A stretch of 55,675 bases of DNA from Sphingobacteriia bacterium (lineage in GTDB: Bacteria; Bacteroidota; Bacteroidia; NS11-12g; UBA9320): NCBI GenBank assembly GCA_008080835.1, contig VMDK01000124.1, positions 1-55,675 of the forward strand, in the 5' to 3' direction. The notes under the pieces were generated by a model that saw only the letters and a list, made by a program, of their open reading frames with translations, was not told the DNA's origin and did no database searches. Shown here piece by piece: positions 48,871 through 55,675 of this stretch. Each line of letters opens with the position of its first letter. The first letter of the stretch is position 1. Both the position numbers and the translations under genes were made by a program.

Positions 48871-50757
48871 ATGAGCGATCCGATCAAGCACGAATGTGGC
48901 GTTGTTTTCCTTCGCCTCCGCAAACCACTCGAATATTACCAGGAGAAGTATGGCTCTGCCCTTTACGGTATCCGAAAGCTTCAACTGATCATGGCCAAAC
49001 AGCTCAATCGTGGGCAAGATGGCGCCGGTATCGGTGTGGTTAAACTAAACCCCGAATTTGGCCGCCGTTACATTGCCCGTAAGCGAAGCAATGACAAGAA
49101 TGCGGTAGCCAACATCTTCGAATCTGTTCTGGAATCGTACAAGAATCTGGATGAAGCCAAGGTCAACGACACGGAGTGGCTCAAAGCGAATTTCCCATAT
49201 GCAGGGGAGCTATTGCTGGGTCATCTGCGCTATGGAACTCATGGCAAAAACAGCATTGAGAACATTCATCCGTTCCTGCGTCAAAACAACTGGATGAGCC
49301 GGAACCTGGTGATCGCAGGGAATTACAACGTGACCAATATCGATGAGCTCTTCAACCTGCTCATTGATCTGGGTCAGCAGCCAAAGGAAAAATCGGATAA
49401 CGTGACCATGCTCGAGAAGATCGGTCACTTCCTGGATGAAGAGAACTCCAAACTCCTGCACGAATACCGCAAGGAGGATCTTGACAACGCGAGCATCGCG
49501 AATAAGATCAAAGAGAACATGGACATTCAGGATATCCTGATCAACTCGTTCCGTAACATCGATGGTGGATACCACATGGTAGGAATGATCGGTGATGGAA
49601 ATGCATTTGTGACTCGAGATCCATGGGGGATCCGCCCTTCCTATTACTACGAAGACGAAGAAGTCGTGGTGGTCGCTTCCGAGCGTCCTGCGATCATGAC
49701 AGCCTTCAACCTGGAGCTGAGCGACATCCGAGAATTGAAGCTTGGTCACGCACTCATTGTGAAACGAAACGGTGAGATGAGCGAGGTGAAGATCCGAGAA
49801 GAACGGGAACGCAAGAGCTGTTCATTTGAACGTATCTATTTCTCTCGTGGCAGCGACATCAACATCCATGAAGAGCGCAAGGAACTTGGCCGTCATTTGG
49901 CAAAGGACATTCTGAAGAAGATCGAGTTTGATGTTCGCCCGGTCGTATTCTCCTATATCCCGAATACGGCTTCAACTTGTTTTTACGGAGTGGTAGATGG
50001 CATCTACCGTTATCTCGACAAGTATAAAATGGAGGCCATCCTCAAATTGAAGGACCTCCAACCAGAAAAGCTCAAGGAGATACTTGCTATCAAGATCCGA
50101 CGAGAGAAGATCTTGGTCAAGGACGTCAAGATGCGCACGTTCATCACACAAGATGAGGATCGGGAGGATATGGTAGGGCACGTATATGATGTGACCTACG
50201 GTGTTTCGAAGCTCGGTGACACGTTGGTTGTTGTTGACGATAGTATTGTCCGAGGAACCACACTCAAGACAAGCATTTTGCGGATCCTGGATCGCTTGAA
50301 TCCAAAGAAAGTGATCGTGGCCAGTAGTGCTCCTATCATCAAATATCCGGATTGCTACGGGATCGACATGAGTCGTATGAATGAGTTCGTAGCCTTCCGC
50401 GCTTTGTTGTCGTTACTCAAGAAAACGGACCAGGAGTACAAGCTCAAGGAAGTGTACGAAGAGTGCAAGCGACAACTGAGCCTACCTGACGACGAAGTAC
50501 GAAACGCTGTGAAGGATCTCTATGCCCTGTTCACGGATGAAGAACTCGTTCAGGAGATCGCAAAACTCGTTACACCTGAGGGCATGAAGGCAGATGTCGA
50601 GATCGTGTATCAAAGTGTCGAGAATCTGCATAAATCCTGCCCACGTCACAAAGGCGACTGGTACTTCACGGGCGATTTCCCAACACCGGGAGGTATGCGA
50701 GTAGTGAACAGGTCCTTCATTTATTACATGGAGGGGAATAAAGCGAGAGCGTACTAG
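48871..50757 (+). CDS. purF: Amidophosphoribosyltransferase
   Basis: MSD.IKHECG (Ntn Cys), RGQDGAG, GHLRYGT, RDPWGIRP, FERIYFSR, VVDDSIVRGTT, YGIDM; TAAATTTG promoter at 48845-48852. Confidence 0.93.
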   Translation: MSDPIKHECGVVFLRLRKPLEYYQEKYGSALYGIRKLQLIMAKQLNRGQDGAGIGVVKLNPEFGRRYIARKRSNDKNAVANIFESVLESYKNLDEAKVNDTEWLKANFPYAGELLLGHLRYGTHGKNSIENIHPFLRQNNWMSRNLVIAGNYNVTNIDELFNLLIDLGQQPKEKSDNVTMLEKIGHFLDEENSKLLHEYRKEDLDNASIANKIKENMDIQDILINSFRNIDGGYHMVGMIGDGNAFVTRDPWGIRPSYYYEDEEVVVVASERPAIMTAFNLELSDIRELKLGHALIVKRNGEMSEVKIREERERKSCSFERIYFSRGSDINIHEERKELGRHLAKDILKKIEFDVRPVVFSYIPNTASTCFYGVVDGIYRYLDKYKMEAILKLKDLQPEKLKEILAIKIRREKILVKDVKMRTFITQDEDREDMVGHVYDVTYGVSKLGDTLVVVDDSIVRGTTLKTSILRILDRLNPKKVIVASSAPIIKYPDCYGIDMSRMNEFVAFRALLSLLKKTDQEYKLKEVYEECKRQLSLPDDEVRNAVKDLYALFTDEELVQEIAKLVTPEGMKADVEIVYQSVENLHKSCPRHKGDWYFTGDFPTPGGMRVVNRSFIYYMEGNKARAY

Positions 50758-50877
50758 AACAGATTCGGGCATCGGTCCATACACTGGAATCTTCTACAGT
50801 CAAAAGTGGCGTTTCACTGGTATTGAACATTTGGCGTTATATTGCCTTTTTGGTGTGATGCCGATGACTTGATCCCA

Positions 50878-52704
50878 GTGAGTCCAAAAATTTTCAAAAG
50901 GTCGCTATTCTTATTTGCCATTTTGTTGGCTCCATGTGGCGTATTGGCCAAGCAGGACTCATTGATCAATCTGATCAAAATCCAAAAGGATGACACATCG
51001 AGGGTTGATCTGCAACTGAAACTCGCCGGTTACTGGATAGATAGCAAGCAATTTGATAGAGCCGACTCATTACTTGAAGAAATATTGCCTGTCGCAACAG
51101 ATCTCCAACATCAAAAGGGATTAGCCAATTAATATCATCACAAAGGGATCTTGTACTTCCGCACTCTGAAACCCTATGACGTCATCTCTACCTATTTCTT
51201 GAAAAGCCTTCGAATATTCGATCAGATAAACGACAGTCTAGGAAAAGCAAAGTGTCAGCTACAACTCGGGCTCATTCAATACCTCATCGACAGCTATGCA
51301 GAAGCAGTTGAATATTTTGAAGAAGGTACAATGAATTGTGGGGTAGACGGGCCAGGTTACCATACCATGCGCTATCTGTCCGGGATCTGTTATTCGGAAT
51401 TAGGAAGATTTGATCGAGCAGAAGAACTCCTGAATGCATCGTTACTGAATTATGCCGCCGGGGATCCTGATAAGGTCGTGACGGTTCGAGCGTTCATCGG
51501 AAAATTATATTTCAATCAGAAAAAGTACGTGGAGTGCATTAGAGAATTGGAAGATGCTTTAGTCGATTATCCTCGAAATAGTGATTCGGCCTCGGTGTCA
51601 CCGGTTCGTGCATTCCTGAGTGCAGCATATCTGAAATTTGGAGATCTTGAAAAGACTATAGAAAACGGTGAATTCGTATTGAACAACGTCGATGTGACTT
51701 CAGGGATCACATACTGGATGATTGCAGCATCAAGTCTTCATAAGGCCTATAGACGAAGCGGAAAAAGTGACGATGCATACAGGGTGCTTCTCCGATTGAC
51801 GGAGTTCTCTGATTCCGTTGGTGGGACTCGCACTAGAGAGCGCCTCACAATTGACAAGGCAAAATACGAATTCGACAAGGAGCTTTATAGGGAAAAGGCT
51901 CAACAAGATCTGGAATTTCAGGTCAAACTCCGAGAGAAGAACAGGCAGCGGGACATAGGATTCGGCTTGGGAATTCTGGCAATTCTGTTAGCCGTTGGAT
52001 TCTATTCACGCTGGCGATTGGTGAAAAACGCAAAGAATCTGATCGAATCAGAAAAGGAGCGTTCAGATGAACTCCTTTTAAATATCCTGCCTGCTGAAGT
52101 GGCGGAAGAGTTGAAGAACGAAGGACGCACGGAAGCTCGCGATTTCGATATGGTGAGCATTTTGTTCACGGATTTCAAGGAATTCACCCAGGCTTCTGAA
52201 AAACTCTCTCCATCGGAGCTGGTAGAAGAGATCAATGTTTGTTTTGAAGCCTTCGACGGGATCTGCGAACAATTCGGGATCGAGAAGATCAAGACCATCG
52301 GCGACAGCTATATGGCTGCAGGTGGAATCCCTGTACCTGACCCACACTCAGTGAAAGGAGCAGTACTCGCAGCTATTCACATGCAGGAGTTCATCAGAAA
52401 TCGGTACCAGAAACAACGTTCCAAAGATGCACATGCATTTGAGATGCGAGTAGGCATCCATACCGGACCCGTCGTTGCCGGAATTGTCGGTGTCAAGAAA
52501 TTCCAGTATGACATTTGGGGAGACACAGTAAATACTGCCAGTAGAATGGAGTCATCCGGAGAAGTAGATGCGGTAAATGTTTCACAAGCCACCTACGACC
52601 ACCTTAAGGATGACCCGGACCTGGAGTTTGAGCATCGCGGAAAAGTAGAAGCCAAAGGCAAAGGGGAAATTGATATGTACTTTGTCCGACTGCGAACCTC
52701 TTAA
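50878..52704 (+). pseudogene. TPR-sensor / TM / class III adenylate-guanylate cyclase interrupted by an in-frame TAA at 51130-51132
   Basis: ORFs 50842-51132 and 51151-52704 share a frame. Signal peptide, TPR helices, one TM, SDELLLNILP.EVA.EL, ILFTDFK.FT, IKTIGDSYM, RVGIHTGPVVAG.VG.KKFQYDIWGDTVNTASRME. Confidence 0.8.
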
Positions 52705-52777
52705 ATTCAGCATACAATCCATCAAGAATGTTCATCGTTCACTACTTTTGATCCAGAGTCAATTATATTCCAGAACC

Positions 52778-53221
52778 ATGTATAAATACATTTCGCTTCT
52801 CGTCTTTTTAATAGGTATGAGCATAAGCTCTGAGGCTAACATAGGCCCTATGGATACCCTTGGTATCACTGCGGGCTCCGTTCACATGAAAGGTGAGTTT
52901 GAATACACCAAATTCCTAAAGAAGCACAAAGGAGATAACAAGTTAGTGATCCATGTTTGGTACAATCCAACTTCCAGTACCAAGACCACCAAAGAGGTCA
53001 GAGCGGGAAAGGATGAGATCTACTTCCTCTACGGCCGAAACCTTCGTAAAGGTGCCTCCGAAATGGAGTTCGAGCTAGGGGAAAACGTACTAAAAGCATT
53101 CAAGAAGAAGAAGGAAAGCGAGCTGACCGAACTGGTCGATTTCCTTCAGTTCGATGTCTTCCCCGGACAGCATTTCAACGGTGATAAGGCAATGGAAGTC
53201 TTGCTCCGAGCACTCGAGTAA
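52778..53221 (+). CDS. Hypothetical secreted protein (147 aa)
   Basis: Signal peptide MYKYISLLVFLIGMSISSEA; own TACTTTTG promoter at 52743-52750; no recognised domain. Confidence 0.7.
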   Translation: MYKYISLLVFLIGMSISSEANIGPMDTLGITAGSVHMKGEFEYTKFLKKHKGDNKLVIHVWYNPTSSTKTTKEVRAGKDEIYFLYGRNLRKGASEMEFELGENVLKAFKKKKESELTELVDFLQFDVFPGQHFNGDKAMEVLLRALE

Positions 53222-53230
53222 AAGTCCTTG

Positions 53231-55675
53231 TCAAATCGATATATTTCTCAATCTGAGCGCATTTCCAATCACCGAAACAGAGCTGAAGCTCATCGCCAAA
53301 GCCGCGACCATAGGCGAGAGGAGTAAACCGAAAATCGGGAATAATACTCCTGCAGCAATCGGCACACCAATGGTGTTGTATACCAACGCGAAGAAAAGAT
53401 TTTGCCGGATGTTCTTCATTACCGACTCACTCAAATTGCGCGCTTTCACCACTCCATGAAGATCCCCTTTCACCAGGGTGATCATGGCGCTCTCGATGGC
53501 AACATCCGTTCCCGTCCCCATGGCAATTCCAACATCGCTTTTGGCCAATGCCGGTGCATCGTTGATACCGTCTCCCGCCATTGCTACTACCTTTCCGTCC
53601 TGCTGTAAGCGTTCTACCTCAGCAAGCTTGTCCTGCGGTAGCATATTCGCTTTGAATGTGGTCAATTGAAGCTGTTCTGCAACTGCCCGGGCAGTGGTCT
53701 GGTTATCGCCCGTGAGCATAATAACTTCGATTCCTTTACCTTGTAATTCAGCGATCGCCTTGGCACTCGTTTCTTTGATCTTGTCTTCGATCGCGATGAA
53801 ACCGACTGCCTGACCATCAAGTGCAAGGAAGGAAACGGTTTTTCCTTTCGAGCGCAACTCATCAGCCGCGGATTCCATGCTATCCGTGATCTCCACATTG
53901 GCGTGACCCATCAATTTGCTATTCCCCAGATGCACTCTTTTCCCATTCACCGTTCCTTCTAATCCTTGTCCTGTGATCGAATTGAATGAATCGGCGAACC
54001 ACGGTTCAACATTTTGTTCCTTACCAAAAACCATAGTTGCCTCGGCCAAAGGATGTTCGCTATTCCTATTCAACGAGATGATGTAGCGCAGGAGCTCATC
54101 TTCGCTAAATCGGTCGTCAACAGATATAACCTGATCAACCGTCGGCTTTCCTTCTGTGATCGTTCCTGTCTTGTCCACGACCAACGTCGTGATCTTGTTC
54201 ATCTTCTCCAGGGCTTCGGCATTTTTAACCAGAACACCATGTTGAGCCCCTTTTCCCACCCCAACCATCACCGACATAGGCGTTGCCAGACCAAGCGCAC
54301 AAGGACAAGCGATGATCAACACTGCTACAGCATTGACCAAGGCGTATACGTAAGCAGGTTCCGGCCCCCAGGCGGCCCAGATTCCGAAGGTGATCAGCGA
54401 TATCCCAACGACAGTCGGCACAAAATACGCGGAAACTGTGTCGGCCAATTTTTGGATCGGTGCCCGACTTCGACTGGCATCGTTCACCATTTTGATGATC
54501 TGCGAAAGCAGGGTGTCAGATCCAACCTTTTCCGCTCTCATCAGAAAGGTCTTGTTGCCATTTATGGTCCCGCTGCTCACTGAGTCATTCACCGTTTTGC
54601 TGACGGGAACTGGTTCACCGGTGATCATGGATTCATCTATGCTGGTCTCTCCTTCTGTGATGATGCCGTCAACCGGTATCTTCTCTCCCGGTTTGACCTT
54701 GATGATATCGTGGAGGACCAGTTTATCTATTGCTACGGTCACTTCCTGACCGTGTTCCATTCGAGTGGCTTTGTTAGGTGCCAGCTTCAAGAGCTCTTTC
54801 ACAGCCGAACTCGTTTTGCTGTGGGCGCGTGCTTCCAACAGTTGGCCCAGGAGGACCAAAGTGAGGATGACAGTTGCTGCTTCGAAGTAAACGTGCACCG
54901 TTCCGGCATCCGTGGTGAATTGCTCTGGAAAGATACTTGGGAACAGCAACCCTACTACGCTGAAAATCCAGGCAACACCCGCACCAAGTGCGATCAGTGT
55001 GAACATATTCGGACTCCGTCTCAGCACACTGTTGTATCCCCGAATGAAGAACATCCATGTCGCATAGAAAACCACAGGAAAAGACAGCACAAATTGGATC
55101 CAATTCCACGACTTCATATCGAGCCAATCGTACAATGGATTACCCGGGATCATTTCGCTCATAGCGATGAGGAAGATGGGCAGTGTAAATGCTACGGCGA
55201 TCTTAAACTTCCTCAACAAGCCCGAGTAGCTCTTCTCTTCCGCATTTGGTTCGGGTTTCATGGGAACCAGGTCCATCCCGCATATCGGACATGCTCCGGG
55301 TTCCTCTTCCACCACATCTGGATGCATCGGACAGGTCCATTGAGTGCCGGAACTATTCAGATTTTGCTCCTCTACCAGGTCCATCCCGCACACCGGGCAA
55401 TCACCTGGTTTGTCATGGGTCTTGTCACCTTCGCAATGCATGGGACAATAGAACACCCCTGTTCCTTGTCCCAGTGGTTGTGCTGCACTTTCATGGCCAT
55501 GCTCATGCACGTGCTCGTGCCCTTCAGGGTATATCGCATACGTTGAACCTTCCAGCGCTGCTTTGAAATCATCGATCTCAATATGTTCCTCCATCTCGAT
55601 CGTGGCCTTATTCTCAGCCAGGTTGACCTCCACAGCCACCACTCCGGGCACCTTCGACAGAGAAGACTCTACATG
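53231..55675 (-). CDS. copA: Copper-translocating P1B-type ATPase (5' end outside the window)
   Basis: Frame is open to the window edge (HVESSLSKVPGV, HMA domain); His-rich linker; two CPMH...CP.CGMDL motifs; TGEP, CPC, DKTGT, HP, GDGINDAP, YN and MxxSS Cu(I) signatures. Confidence 0.93.
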   Translation of the reverse strand, partial: HVESSLSKVPGVVAVEVNLAENKATIEMEEHIEIDDFKAALEGSTYAIYPEGHEHVHEHGHESAAQPLGQGTGVFYCPMHCEGDKTHDKPGDCPVCGMDLVEEQNLNSSGTQWTCPMHPDVVEEEPGACPICGMDLVPMKPEPNAEEKSYSGLLRKFKIAVAFTLPIFLIAMSEMIPGNPLYDWLDMKSWNWIQFVLSFPVVFYATWMFFIRGYNSVLRRSPNMFTLIALGAGVAWIFSVVGLLFPSIFPEQFTTDAGTVHVYFEAATVILTLVLLGQLLEARAHSKTSSAVKELLKLAPNKATRMEHGQEVTVAIDKLVLHDIIKVKPGEKIPVDGIITEGETSIDESMITGEPVPVSKTVNDSVSSGTINGNKTFLMRAEKVGSDTLLSQIIKMVNDASRSRAPIQKLADTVSAYFVPTVVGISLITFGIWAAWGPEPAYVYALVNAVAVLIIACPCALGLATPMSVMVGVGKGAQHGVLVKNAEALEKMNKITTLVVDKTGTITEGKPTVDQVISVDDRFSEDELLRYIISLNRNSEHPLAEATMVFGKEQNVEPWFADSFNSITGQGLEGTVNGKRVHLGNSKLMGHANVEITDSMESAADELRSKGKTVSFLALDGQAVGFIAIEDKIKETSAKAIAELQGKGIEVIMLTGDNQTTARAVAEQLQLTTFKANMLPQDKLAEVERLQQDGKVVAMAGDGINDAPALAKSDVGIAMGTGTDVAIESAMITLVKGDLHGVVKARNLSESVMKNIRQNLFFALVYNTIGVPIAAGVLFPIFGLLLSPMVAALAMSFSSVSVIGNALRLRNISI

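Noticed and set aside
35958-51132. Stop-codon reassignment or read-through explaining the in-frame TAG (35958) and TAA (51130)
   Set aside because: TAA, TAG and TGA all end intact core genes in this window, so the standard code applies.

Overview
This is a chromosomal window from a Bacteroidota bacterium: TAnnTTTG '-7' promoters precede many genes, and gldH plus type IX secretion (T9SS) sorting domains are present. Most of it is core genome: rpmH-rnpA-yidD, S41 protease, mscS, C1 peptidase, an MBOAT/SGNH O-acetylation pair with manC and kdsD, recQ, tRNA-Gln-prs-rplY, aspS, gldH, lpdA, kynU, sucD, lysS, rlmD, aroQ, purF and copA (cut by the window edge). I see no transposase, integrase, prophage, rRNA or CRISPR-Cas. 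I cannot establish a new biological system from the sequence alone. The best leads are: (1) a hipBA module preceded by four palindromic operators at an exact 49-bp period; (2) an ECF sigma / anti-sigma / two helical periplasmic chaperone-like genes with a shared promoter motif (GGAATG-N17-GTCTAA) readable twice in the DNA; (3) a 'headless' T9SS cargo gene that keeps its promoter, leader and terminator but lacks signal peptide and passenger; (4) a 440-bp intergenic region with a dense cluster of CTAT/ATAG half-sites and an IHF-like site; (5) an uncalled 40-aa lipoprotein; (6) a dispersed (GGGTGTC)n repeat with G-quadruplex potential. Two other envelope or signalling genes are broken by single lesions. 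Product names come from motif recognition, not database searches. Several start codons were moved relative to the ORF track.
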